Of a stretch of DNA of 45,686 nt, positions 31,782 through 40,733 are shown in pieces. This DNA is from Chlamydiota bacterium. Its GTDB lineage: Bacteria; Chlamydiota; Chlamydiia; Chlamydiales; 2-12-FULL-49-11. The notes under the pieces were generated by a model, which saw only the letters and a list, made by a program, of their open reading frames with translations, made no database searches and was not told where the DNA came from. Where the stretch lies: positions 1 to 45,686 of the forward strand of contig JAHFTJ010000002.1 in NCBI GenBank assembly GCA_023269435.1, in the 5' to 3' direction. How positions within the stretch are numbered: position 1 is the first letter of the stretch; the number at the start of each line of letters is the position of its first letter. The position numbers and the translations under genes are program-made.

Positions 31782-33887
31782 TTAAATAACCGTAAATCCT
31801 ATATCAGATGGTGGATAATCTTTTCCAATATGTAATCTGTTGGTAAAGTATTTATAATATATCGATAACGCCTCTTTATGTGTTTTCACACAGAATATTG
31901 TATTAGATATCCATTCTGAACCTCTTATTGTTCCGGTTTCGCGATTTAACTGAAATTTTGACGTTATCTTTCTACCCCAATACTCAGCTCCTCCAAAGAG
32001 CAATATTGGTACAACTTGGTGCATCCCTACCTGTATCCTAAGCAATTCTAGCATTAGCTCGAAATCTGTTCCGACACCACCTTGAAAAAATATTGGAAAA
32101 TCCAAAGAGAACTCAGCTTGACGTACAATTAAATGTTCCAATCTGTAGGTCATTTTTGCTTGTATAAATGGATTCATCTCTTCTATCATAAATATACGTT
32201 CATGTGGTTTTGTAAAATCTACTGCATGACCACACGAGAGTATGTTCAAGTCGCTAGCTATCTGATTACCTGTAGCCATTACGCCTGGACCGCCTCCAGT
32301 AGATATTACTATTGATATTTCAGGATTCAAAAGAGGATGATCCAACTCCTCTTTCATCTCTAAAAGTCCTTGAAATAAAGCTTTTAACTCCTCTTTTTCC
32401 TTGGCTTCTATTAATTTAGACCCATATACACCGAAAAATGTAGCGTTTTTAAAATCTTTAACTTTGTTTATTGGAACAAATACCCCTGAATTCTTATCCT
32501 CTCTTAACACGTACTGAAGGAGAAGGTTGTACTTAAAATCTACCCAAAAAACATCAATTTTAGCTTTAACCAAATCTTGAATGAGCGATCTGTCATCGTG
32601 CGAGAAAAAATCTCCGTAATTTCTAGATGGGATACGAAAGTATATTGCTCTCAGACATCTAGTCACTCTCTCATTTATTAAAAAACTTTTTAATTGAGGA
32701 GTTGGAAAATAAGTACTTAACACTATTCCTTGACTAGTTATGAACCCATCTTGCATAGCCTTAAGTATTGTATAAAGAGCCTGCGATTGTATAAAATTAT
32801 CTAGAGCAATTTTTTCTTTACGATCTCTTGGTGGAACGAATATATTTTCATCATAAGATATATCTGATATTATCCAATCTTCTTTAGAGAGATTAAGGAG
32901 TTGCTTCCCCTTAACAACAAATGCAGCGGCTTTTTCTAGCTCAGGTGCAGTTTCAAATGCATTAAAAAGTTCTTGAGGTTTCTCTAAACATTCACGTAAA
33001 AAGTCTCTATCAGAAAAGAAAAAATGTTCGCGAAATGGTTCGAGAGTATAAAATTCTAATGGAATATGAGATATTTCCTCATTGCTTTGACCATGAAATT
33101 CAAATATATCTCCAGTTTCTTGTTGAGGCTCAATCACATTAGCACTAGCATGATTAAATCCTTCTGGCAGCTCTTCTGACGCAACTTTTGCGAACAGCGT
33201 TTTCATATTCATAGTCATTGTCTTCACAAGTAAAAGACCTTTTGATGGAATTTTCCGTTCTCCATCAATTTGCGTCTGATGTAAAAATAAAAACTTTCTA
33301 AAACTTGAATTTTTTTCCTTCAGCCCTTTGGTAATAGTGGGAATAAAACATAAAACAGCTTCATCGTATATCCAATAACCTTGAACTAATGGAATTCTTG
33401 CAATTGTTCTGTTTTGTTCAACCTCTTCTATTATTTTTTCACTTTTATACTCTTCGCTAAGAATCAACAAAGGATTGCCATCTTCATCGCTTTTTTTTAA
33501 AAGTCGCTTTAAGTACTCTTTTTTACGAACTCTCCTTCTATCATCTGCTGCAAACAATTTTCCTATATAAATACCTGGTGTAGTGTACTTTAACAATTCA
33601 ACCCCTATTGAGTTGAATGCTCTTAATTTTACACATACACGGGCCTTATCAAGTTTAGGTAAAAATTCATAATCGTACGCTATACCATCTACGCCAAGTT
33701 GAGCATATGTACTTTTAATATTAAAAAAAATTTTATCACTATCTATCTGATACCCTACAAACGAAGACTGGATGTGTTCTATTTCTACAACAATGTCCAT
33801 CTCGTTGATGCTTAATATATTTGTAGAAATAATTTTCCCATCTGGAGTAATTAGATCATAATGTTGGTGAAAGATATTTTGTGGCAT
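31782..33887 (-). CDS. Protein with a PpnN/LOG-family (nucleotide 5'-monophosphate nucleosidase-like) C-terminal half and an uncharacterised ~480-aa N-terminal region
   Basis: 701 aa. STGGGPGVMATGN (GGGPG encoded at 32283..32297) and FFQGGVGTDFELMLELL..VVPILLFGG align with the TGxGPGxME and PGGxGTxEE..PxxL motifs of LOG/PpnN (YgdH). Only 32 nt separate it from the downstream giant gene. Confidence 0.6.
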   Translation of the reverse strand: MPQNIFHQHYDLITPDGKIISTNILSINEMDIVVEIEHIQSSFVGYQIDSDKIFFNIKSTYAQLGVDGIAYDYEFLPKLDKARVCVKLRAFNSIGVELLKYTTPGIYIGKLFAADDRRRVRKKEYLKRLLKKSDEDGNPLLILSEEYKSEKIIEEVEQNRTIARIPLVQGYWIYDEAVLCFIPTITKGLKEKNSSFRKFLFLHQTQIDGERKIPSKGLLLVKTMTMNMKTLFAKVASEELPEGFNHASANVIEPQQETGDIFEFHGQSNEEISHIPLEFYTLEPFREHFFFSDRDFLRECLEKPQELFNAFETAPELEKAAAFVVKGKQLLNLSKEDWIISDISYDENIFVPPRDRKEKIALDNFIQSQALYTILKAMQDGFITSQGIVLSTYFPTPQLKSFLINERVTRCLRAIYFRIPSRNYGDFFSHDDRSLIQDLVKAKIDVFWVDFKYNLLLQYVLREDKNSGVFVPINKVKDFKNATFFGVYGSKLIEAKEKEELKALFQGLLEMKEELDHPLLNPEISIVISTGGGPGVMATGNQIASDLNILSCGHAVDFTKPHERIFMIEEMNPFIQAKMTYRLEHLIVRQAEFSLDFPIFFQGGVGTDFELMLELLRIQVGMHQVVPILLFGGAEYWGRKITSKFQLNRETGTIRGSEWISNTIFCVKTHKEALSIYYKYFTNRLHIGKDYPPSDIGFTVI

Positions 33888-33980
33888 ACCTTTATAATAA
33901 AAAAAAATCTTTTATTGTAAACTTTAATTAAAAAATTTTTTTATATTTAAAATTAAATTTAATTATGTTATTATTACTCT

Positions 33981-34814
33981 ATGTCTATACAACAATATGC
34001 TACTAACAACAATGTAGCATCCACAAATGTTAAATCGTCAATCGACTCTCTAACATTGTGGAAGAAAACAGCTTGCAAGATAGCCATCTTAGCTCCAAGT
34101 CTTTTTTTTTCAACTAGTGGATGGATTATTGGATTTGTCCATGGCGGATGTATTGGGGGTGGTTTAGGTAATGGAATTGGAACTTTTGTTGGAGGGGGAA
34201 TTTCAATAGCAATAGAAATATTTATTAGAACAGTAATATTAAAAGAAAAAATAGATAAAAAACAATTTATAAAAACAGAACTTAACAAACTCACTATTAA
34301 TTCATTATCTGCTATTTCAGCTGGATTTGTATTTAATTTATCAATCACCACATGGGCTGCAAAAGCGCCAGCACTTCTTTTGCGATCAATATGCACAGGG
34401 ATTGCAGCTGCAATCGCTACTATATGTTCATTGATCTTAATAAGAGGCGCTTATACTATTGGCAATTTAATTTTTGAAAAAATTAAAAACCATGAATTAT
34501 TTTTAAACATGTACATCATACTAGAAGATATTAAATCTTCTTTATTTACGACAGTTTCAGAAGATACATGTCTTTATGTTACAAGTTACAACATATCAAG
34601 AACTAATTACTTAAAATGTGGTGATTTTATTAAAGCAGGTATATCGAAATATATCGGTGGGATTAGTGGTTTAGTACTTGAAATAATTATAACATATACA
34701 GCGTTATATATCGTGGATAAATTAACTAAATATTGTAAAAAAGAAGGACAATTTATTACAAAATATTCACAATATTATCAAGAATATTTACCTATTGAAT
34801 ATTTGCCTATATAG
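33981..34814 (+). CDS. Hypothetical polytopic membrane protein with a glycine-zipper segment
   Basis: 277 aa. GWIIGFVHGGCIGGGLGNGIGTFVGGGISIAIEIFI plus at least two further hydrophobic blocks. Divergent from the PpnN-like gene. The overlapping minus ORF is Pro-rich antisense of the Gly codons. Confidence 0.55.
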   Translation: MSIQQYATNNNVASTNVKSSIDSLTLWKKTACKIAILAPSLFFSTSGWIIGFVHGGCIGGGLGNGIGTFVGGGISIAIEIFIRTVILKEKIDKKQFIKTELNKLTINSLSAISAGFVFNLSITTWAAKAPALLLRSICTGIAAAIATICSLILIRGAYTIGNLIFEKIKNHELFLNMYIILEDIKSSLFTTVSEDTCLYVTSYNISRTNYLKCGDFIKAGISKYIGGISGLVLEIIITYTALYIVDKLTKYCKKEGQFITKYSQYYQEYLPIEYLPI

Positions 34815-34818
34815 TGAA

Positions 34819-35640
34819 TTATCCTTGGTATTGCATGAAAAAAAATCTATCGAGGCCAGCTAAATCTTTTATGAATTCTTTTTTTGACCACATTTCACTT
34901 GAAAATATTTTTTCTATTGCGTTTTTTTGAGTTGAACCAATCTCTAAAAAGAGAAGGCCACCTTGTTTTAAGTAAAGAGGGACTTGTTTTTCTAATAATC
35001 TATAAAATAACAACCCATCATTACCACCAACTAATGCTAGCTTCGGTTCATAATTTTTTACACTATTTTCTAAAGTTATATATTCTTTTTCAGAAATATA
35101 CGGGGGGTTGCAAACTAAATAATCTATTTTTTTATTTTTTAATGGCTGAAGAAAATCTCCCGTCAAAATAGTTACATCAAGATTATTTATCTTCGCATTT
35201 TTTTCAGCAAGGGAGGTGCAAAATTCAGATATATCAGATAAGATAACATCTAATCTATTTAAATGTTTTTTTATAGCTAATCCAATACATCCAGTTCCAC
35301 AACAAAGATCTAACAGTAACTTTCCGCTAACGTTACCTATTTTATTTAATACATGTTCTACTAAGAATTCGCTTTCTAATCTAGGTATTAAAACGCCATT
35401 CATTAATTCAATTTTGCAACCATAAAATTCGACTTCTCCTAGAATTAGAGATAATGGCTCTCCCAACTCGCGACGAGATATTAATCTCTCTATAATATCT
35501 TGTTCAATTTTAGTGAAATGCAAATTTTCAAAAAATAATTCAGATCTTTTTTTACCAAGTGTATGAGCTACTATTTCCTCGAGATCACGTTGTGAGATTT
35601 TTTTGGTAGAAAAATGAAACGAGTGCACCAATAAGCTCAT
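34819..35640 (-). CDS. prmC: Release-factor glutamine N5-methyltransferase
   Basis: 273 aa with [11 protein letters not shown] (SAM site) and the VCNPPYI motif. Downstream of prfA. The annotated start overlaps prfA by 56 nt. Confidence 0.9.
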   Translation of the reverse strand: MSLLVHSFHFSTKKISQRDLEEIVAHTLGKKRSELFFENLHFTKIEQDIIERLISRRELGEPLSLILGEVEFYGCKIELMNGVLIPRLESEFLVEHVLNKIGNVSGKLLLDLCCGTGCIGLAIKKHLNRLDVILSDISEFCTSLAEKNAKINNLDVTILTGDFLQPLKNKKIDYLVCNPPYISEKEYITLENSVKNYEPKLALVGGNDGLLFYRLLEKQVPLYLKQGGLLFLEIGSTQKNAIEKIFSSEMWSKKEFIKDLAGLDRFFFMQYQG

Positions 35641-36649
35641 ACATATCTCCTTCCATAATCTTGTCTAAACTGTACAAAGTTAAATTAATCCTGTGATCTG
35701 TGACTCTATTTTGAGAAAAGTTATATGTTCTAATTCTTTCAGATCTATCGCCTGTCCCTACTTGAGTTGCACGAGTAAGTGCCATTTCAGCTTCTTTTTG
35801 CCTCTTTTGCTCTTCAGATATTTTAGCTTTTAACAACCTCATAGCTTTAGCGCGATTTTTTATTTGAGACCTCTCTTCTTGACAATGAACTATTATTCCT
35901 GTTGGTATATGAGTAATTCGAACAGCAGAATCTGTTGTATTTACGTGTTGACCGCCTGCACCTGACGAACGATACGTATCTATTCTTAGATCTTTTTCAT
36001 CAATATTTAATTCTTCTTCCTCTTTTGGTTCTAATAAAATAGCTATTGTAATCGCAGACGTATGCACCCTTCCTTGCGATTCAGTCAACGGAACTCGTTG
36101 AACGCGATGGGTCCCACTCTCATATTTCATAAACCTATAAACATTTTCGCCTGTAAGGACAAATTCGTAATCTTTATACCCTCCAATTTGAGATGAAACG
36201 GAAGACAACAATTCAAATGACCACCCATTTTTTTCAGCAAATGCACGATACATACGCACACAATCACCAACAAATATCGCAGCTTCATCACCGCCTGTCC
36301 CTGCTCTGATTTCTACAATAACATTTCTATTGTCATCAGGATCTGGGGGAACTAATAAAATTTCTACGTCTTTACGTAATTTATTACATTTAATTTCTAA
36401 TAAAGAAATCTCTTCCTCTAGAAGAGTTACAATTTCCGGATCATTTTCATGTTTTATAAATTTTTTATTTTCAAGTAATTGAAAACAAGCTTCTTTATAA
36501 GCTTCCCATTTGTGTCGCAAATCACACAAATATTTATGTTCACTTGTTAATTGGCGATACCGTTTTTTATCATTTATAGCATCGGGCGAGCTTAGTTCTA
36601 TTTCAAGATTTGCCAATTTTTCCAAAAGGGCCGTAACTTTATTATCCAC
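35585..36649 (-). CDS. prfA: Peptide chain release factor 1
   Basis: 354 aa with the [19 protein letters not shown] (GGQ) motif and a P-x-T-type tripeptide context (VPLTES). No frameshift site. Confidence 0.95.
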   Translation of the reverse strand: MDNKVTALLEKLANLEIELSSPDAINDKKRYRQLTSEHKYLCDLRHKWEAYKEACFQLLENKKFIKHENDPEIVTLLEEEISLLEIKCNKLRKDVEILLVPPDPDDNRNVIVEIRAGTGGDEAAIFVGDCVRMYRAFAEKNGWSFELLSSVSSQIGGYKDYEFVLTGENVYRFMKYESGTHRVQRVPLTESQGRVHTSAITIAILLEPKEEEELNIDEKDLRIDTYRSSGAGGQHVNTTDSAVRITHIPTGIIVHCQEERSQIKNRAKAMRLLKAKISEEQKRQKEAEMALTRATQVGTGDRSERIRTYNFSQNRVTDHRINLTLYSLDKIMEGDMYELIGALVSFFYQKNLTT

Positions 36650-36674
36650 TTATTAAGCCTTTTAAAGAACAAAT

Positions 36675-36703
36675 ACCGGCAAACTTTTATAAGATTTGCC
36701 GGT
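36675..36703 (-). terminator. Hairpin terminator candidate between the micro-ORF pair and prfA
   Basis: The minus strand reads accggcaaa-tcttataaaag-tttgccggt, a 9-bp GC-containing stem followed by atttgttcttt. It starts 18 nt after the micro-ORF stop. Confidence 0.5.
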
Positions 36704-36720
36704 TAACTCGCTAAAAAAAA

Positions 36721-36852
36721 TTATTTCTTACCAGATTTTTTAGTATCAGTTTGTTTTTGAGTTGATTGTTTAGAAGCATTTTTTTTATCGTCTTGTTTTA
36801 CTTCTTTTGTTGATCCGCTTTTTTTATCGTGACCTTTTTTAGGTTTATCCAT
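36721..36852 (-). CDS. Unannotated micro-ORF, 43-aa lysine-rich protein (paralog 1)
   Basis: Hand translation: MDKPKKGHDKKSGSTKEVKQDDKKNASKQSTQKQTDTKKSGKK*. A GAGGA precedes the ATG. It is below the ORF-track length cutoff. Confidence 0.55.
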   Translation of the reverse strand: MDKPKKGHDKKSGSTKEVKQDDKKNASKQSTQKQTDTKKSGKK

Positions 36853-36865
36853 ATATCCTCGTATT

Positions 36866-37000
36866 TTATTTTTTTCCTGATTTTTTAGTATCAGTTTGTT
36901 TTTGAGATGGTTGTTTAGAAGCGTTTTTTTTATCGTCTTCTTTTTTTATTACTTTTGCAGGTTCGCTTTTTTTGTCGCAACCTTTTTTACATTTATCCAT
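36866..37000 (-). CDS. Unannotated micro-ORF, 44-aa lysine-rich protein (paralog 2)
   Basis: Hand translation: MDKCKKGCDKKSEPAKVIKKEDDKKNASKQPSQKQTDTKKSGKK*. A GAGGA lies 6 nt upstream of the ATG. An alternative ATG at 37006 adds MH. It starts 21 nt after the rpmE stop. Confidence 0.55.
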   Translation of the reverse strand: MDKCKKGCDKKSEPAKVIKKEDDKKNASKQPSQKQTDTKKSGKK

Positions 37001-37020
37001 ATGCATTCCTCTAATTAAAA

Positions 37021-37371
37021 CTATTTTTTAGTTGGTTTTTTAGATACAACTAGTTTCTTAACAACTTTTTTAGAAATTTCTTTACTATTATCTTCTTCTT
37101 CTTTTATTTCTTTTATAGGTTCCGCTTTTTTAAGATAACGTTTTTTAAATTTATCTATTCTACCTTCAGTATCTACAAATTTTTGATCTCCAGTATAAAA
37201 AGGATGAGAATCAGAAGATATTGAAACTTTAACACAAGGATATTTTTTCCCTTCAAATACAATTTCGTCAGCAGTATTTACAACGCTTCTACAAATAAAT
37301 TTTTTATCGGTACTCATATCTAAAAAAACAACCTCTCTATAATCGGGATGCTTATCTTTTTTCATTTTCAA
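37021..37371 (-). CDS. rpmE: 50S ribosomal protein L31, type B (no CxxC), with a Lys/Glu-rich C-terminal extension
   Basis: 116 aa with KKDKHPDY...[28 protein letters not shown]. The zinc-binding Cys pairs are absent. Confidence 0.9.
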   Translation of the reverse strand: MKMKKDKHPDYREVVFLDMSTDKKFICRSVVNTADEIVFEGKKYPCVKVSISSDSHPFYTGDQKFVDTEGRIDKFKKRYLKKAEPIKEIKEEEDNSKEISKKVVKKLVVSKKPTKK

Positions 37372-37530
37372 ACTCCATTAAAAATGAGATTATGGTAGCT
37401 ATTTTACTATATTTCACACAAGAAAAACTTCTTTTATTTTATATTTAATATAGGTTATACTCAATATGTTTTAAAATGCGATTGTTGAGCGTATTGGATA
37501 CATACTTTTAAACAAATTGGTAAAAATAAT

Positions 37531-38400
37531 ATGACATCAAAAATAGTTAAATATTTTATTGCAATTATAGTTTCATTGAGTCTTTTAAGTTGTATGCCTT
37601 TTGCTTTTGGGGTAATGCCGATGTTTGCCCTATCTTTGTGGGGGGTAAAACATTTTTTTATTTGGCAATTATTTTCACATGCTTTTTTATATCCAAGTAC
37701 ACCTGGCAGTGGAATACACATCTCATATCTAATAAATTTAGCCTTTAATATGTTTATTCTATGGAGGTTGGGAGTCTCTATTTCATACCATAAAGGTGTA
37801 AAACATTTTTTGAAACTATTTATCGGAAGTTCAATTACAGTTGGTATTGTAGTATTATCAATCTTTTATGCAACCGGATCTACAATGATATATGCTGGCA
37901 CCACACCAATAGTATTTACCCTTTTAATGGCTTCTATTATTTTGTATCCAGATATGGAAGTTATGTTATTTTTAACAATTCCAATAAAAGCTCGCTCATT
38001 AATATTAATAGCATTAGCGGCAACGCTGTTGATGGACATATCGAATGGGCAAATTTTATATTTTATAATTAACTTAGCTGCAATAACATATGGTTATATA
38101 TATGCAATATTAACATGGGGCTACAGAAGCTCATTCAAAACTTTATACGGTTTAGAGACATTTCTTTTTAAATTTTCTAATTTTTTTAGCAATAGAATGA
38201 GAATTAAATCAAATATAGATGTTTATGATAACTCTGGAGCAAAAATATACGATTTCAAAACTGGGAAAAAAATTTTAGATGATAACACTTTTTTAAATGC
38301 ATGTTTGTCTAAAATAGCTAAAGAAGGGAGAGCATCATTAACGTTCTCTGAAAAATTTAGACTTTGGCGTATTTCAAAAAGAATTAGCGAAAAGAAATAA
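37531..38400 (+). CDS. Rhomboid-family-like polytopic membrane protein; catalytic dyad not evident
   Basis: 289 aa. WQLFSHAFLY...LINLAFNMFILWRLG resembles the rhomboid TM2 WR..F.H...H..FNM motif. The GxSG position reads GTTP, and no His follows NG in the last core helix. Confidence 0.4.
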   Translation: MTSKIVKYFIAIIVSLSLLSCMPFAFGVMPMFALSLWGVKHFFIWQLFSHAFLYPSTPGSGIHISYLINLAFNMFILWRLGVSISYHKGVKHFLKLFIGSSITVGIVVLSIFYATGSTMIYAGTTPIVFTLLMASIILYPDMEVMLFLTIPIKARSLILIALAATLLMDISNGQILYFIINLAAITYGYIYAILTWGYRSSFKTLYGLETFLFKFSNFFSNRMRIKSNIDVYDNSGAKIYDFKTGKKILDDNTFLNACLSKIAKEGRASLTFSEKFRLWRISKRISEKK

Positions 38401-38510
38401 ATTTAATTCACTATGTTCATTTTTAAAGTATTAATGATAATATTAACTCATGTTACGCAAAATGAGAAAATAGGAGGTATGAGAGATTTTGAAAAAACAA
38501 TTTATTTAAA

Positions 38511-38607
38511 AATCGCAGTAATATTAAACTAATATTATGAGACTTTTTGAATAATATTGTAATTCAAAAGATCTATACATCCATTTCCTGCTTTTGCGTA
38601 AGGTGAG
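38511..38607. repeat. Dispersed 97-bp intergenic repeat, copy B (no intron)
   Basis: Collinear with 444..540. The 58-bp part (38550..38607) is 56/58 identical. The shorter AT hairpin is taatatta-aac-taatatta. Confidence 0.85.
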
Positions 38608-38642
38608 CATTAAGCAGATCTCTTATTGGAGTGCTAATATTA

Positions 38643-38671
38643 TTGACACAATATACAAATTAGATTATACT
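38643..38671 (+). promoter_or_regulatory. Near-consensus sigma-70-type promoter
   Basis: TTGACA (38643..38648), a 17-nt spacer, then TATACT (38666..38671). An AAGGAG RBS and the ATG at 38695 follow. Confidence 0.6.
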
Positions 38672-38694
38672 AATTGGTAGAAGGAGAGAATCAT

Positions 38695-39408
38695 ATGAAA
38701 GTAAATTCCAAAATTTTGAGCATTCCGCCATACATATCAACTTCATGGGGAAATATTTCCTTATTACATATGGACAGTACAAGCACTAATTTAGTAATAA
38801 GCTTAAAAGATGGAAATAAAATAATAATTCCAAACTTATCTGGAAATGATTTGGATGGAATTTTTGCAGCTCATAGTGAGTTTTTAGAACAACAGACCAA
38901 ACAACTCATATTACCAAATAAACTACAACCAAACTTTGACAACACGCTAAATATAGGCATTTCATCAAATGTAGGTATTGACGGATTAGAAAATTTCACT
39001 GGAATTATGCAACACGATTCTAACCAAAAAGATGCACCACTACTTCCAAAAGAAATTCTCCTTAAAATCGCAAAAGTTAGTGAAGCTCTTGGAATAAATA
39101 ACGAAGAATTCCACTTATCTCAACAAGAACCGCATTGTAATTGCCCGTATTGTCAAATTACACGAGCAATGCAAGGCGGCAAAGATATAGATAATGACCA
39201 TAATGAACAGTTTGCAGATACAGAATGCATAGAAAATTCAGACTTGACATTCAAAGAATGGAATATAGAGCAAGTCGGGGACAAATTATACAATGTATCA
39301 AACCCTATAGATAATTCTGAACTGTACCAAGTCTACCTAGGTAATCCAATTGGATGCACATGTGGAAAAAATAACTGTGAACATGTCATATCTGTCCTTC
39401 ACTCGTGA
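38695..39408 (+). CDS. Hypothetical protein with two Cys/His clusters (HCNCPYCQ; CTCGKNNCEH, SWIM-like)
   Basis: 237 aa from the ATG preceded by AAGGAG. The track ORF starts 7 codons earlier at a TTG. It sits upstream of the SH3 protein. Confidence 0.7.
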   Translation: MKVNSKILSIPPYISTSWGNISLLHMDSTSTNLVISLKDGNKIIIPNLSGNDLDGIFAAHSEFLEQQTKQLILPNKLQPNFDNTLNIGISSNVGIDGLENFTGIMQHDSNQKDAPLLPKEILLKIAKVSEALGINNEEFHLSQQEPHCNCPYCQITRAMQGGKDIDNDHNEQFADTECIENSDLTFKEWNIEQVGDKLYNVSNPIDNSELYQVYLGNPIGCTCGKNNCEHVISVLHS

Positions 39409-39483
39409 ATTATATCTTGATATTTTTTATTAAAAATAGCACACTAACATTTAAACTATTTTTCATAAACGGGAGTTATTATC

Positions 39484-40713
39484 GTGATAGAAATTTTAAA
39501 ACGTTCACTTATTGCGACTTGTCTATTATCATTTACATATTCTGTTGCAAATGACAAAGTGATTGATAAAAATGGTGTGATCGCAAAAGAAAAACAAATA
39601 CCTCAACATGTTGTTTCAAATAACAAAAATGGAGTAAAAGATCAGTTTAATATAAAAAATTCTACAGAGACCAACTACAAATCGTTTACAGGAAAAATAC
39701 TTGGAAACGGCATTAGAATGAGACTGCATCCTGACGTTGATAGCAATATAATAAAAGAATTACAGAAAGATGAATTAGTAGTTGTAATTGATGAAAAAAA
39801 TGATTTCTACGCTATATATCCACCTAGCGATGCAAAAGTATATATTTTCAGAAGTTTTATACTCGATAATATAGTGGAAGGTAATCGTGTAAATGTACGT
39901 TTAGCGCCAGAATTAAATTCTCCTATTGTTGGTTATATGAATACTGGAGACAAAGTAAATGGTAAAATTAGCGATAAAAACCACAAATGGCTAGAGATAA
40001 GCCCGCCAAAAAATGTGAAGTTTTATGTAGCAAAAGAATTTATAGAAAAAATTGGTGGACCAGAAGTGAAAGATGCGCGAGATAAAAAAATAGAAAACGC
40101 AAACAGACTTATAGACGCTGCAGATCTTTCGAGCCAATCTGAAATGATGAAACCTTTTGAAGAGATAGATTTTGAAAAAATTTCAAACAGTTTTAATAAC
40201 ATAATGTGCGACTATAACGATTTATCAAATCATGTAGAAAAAGCAAAAAATAAACTAACAAAACTTCAAGATATCTATCTACAAAAAAAATTGACATATT
40301 TAGAAGCTAAAGCATCAAGAATTGATACAACATTTGTAAATGATAATGATGTACCGGAAATTAAAGAGACCAATCTATCATATAAAGATAGAGTAAAGAT
40401 ATGGGAGAGGATAGAAGAGTCATATTTTCTAACATGGGCATCAAACCACCACTACAACACGTTAGAAGATTTTTACGAAGAACAAAAAGAAAATTCTACG
40501 CGAATTTCTGGTATTATAGAACCATATAACGACACAGTTAAAAATAAACCAGGAAATTTTATCATACGTGATAGAGATGTGCCAAAAGCCTATCTTTACA
40601 GCACAAAAATAGCCCTACAAAATTACACTGGAAAATACGTTACATTAGTTGTTGCTGATCGTCAAAATAACAACTTTGCTTTTCCTGCATACTTTGTATT
40701 AGAAGTAGAATAA
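39484..40713 (+). CDS. Secreted protein with two bacterial SH3-like (SH3b) repeats
   Basis: 409 aa, GTG start with GGGAG upstream, and a signal peptide. Two similar ~65-aa segments are present (G.IRMRLHPDVDSNIIKELQKDELV...; VNVRLAPELNSPIVGYMNTGDKV...). The C-terminal half is coiled. Confidence 0.65.
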   Translation: MIEILKRSLIATCLLSFTYSVANDKVIDKNGVIAKEKQIPQHVVSNNKNGVKDQFNIKNSTETNYKSFTGKILGNGIRMRLHPDVDSNIIKELQKDELVVVIDEKNDFYAIYPPSDAKVYIFRSFILDNIVEGNRVNVRLAPELNSPIVGYMNTGDKVNGKISDKNHKWLEISPPKNVKFYVAKEFIEKIGGPEVKDARDKKIENANRLIDAADLSSQSEMMKPFEEIDFEKISNSFNNIMCDYNDLSNHVEKAKNKLTKLQDIYLQKKLTYLEAKASRIDTTFVNDNDVPEIKETNLSYKDRVKIWERIEESYFLTWASNHHYNTLEDFYEEQKENSTRISGIIEPYNDTVKNKPGNFIIRDRDVPKAYLYSTKIALQNYTGKYVTLVVADRQNNNFAFPAYFVLEVE

Positions 40714-40733
40714 ACTTGTGAAGTTTACACTAA

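Noticed and set aside
33974-34396. 140-aa minus-strand ORF overlapping the start of the glycine-zipper gene
   Set aside because: Its Pro-rich core (PPPTKVPIPLPKPPPIHPP) is simply the reverse complement of the Gly (GGN) codons. The plus-strand ORF is twice as long and has coherent TM segments.
35585-35640. 56-nt overlap between the prfA end and the prmC start; considered a frameshift or fusion signal
   Set aside because: Both frames are intact and RF1 needs no programmed frameshift (that applies to prfB). Conserved PrmC N-terminal residues begin just after the overlap, so it is probably a genuine overlap or a non-ATG start.
37461-37721. 86-aa minus-strand ORF overlapping the start of the rhomboid-like gene
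   Set aside because: It overlaps a longer plus-strand ORF with clear TM periodicity, and it has no RBS or recognisable motif.
38479-38532. 17-codon ORF (MRDFEKTIYLKIAVILN) just after an AGGAGG
   Set aside because: The AGGAGG ends only 1 nt before the ATG, too close for a functional SD spacing. The ORF also runs into the repeat hairpin. I treated it as coincidental.
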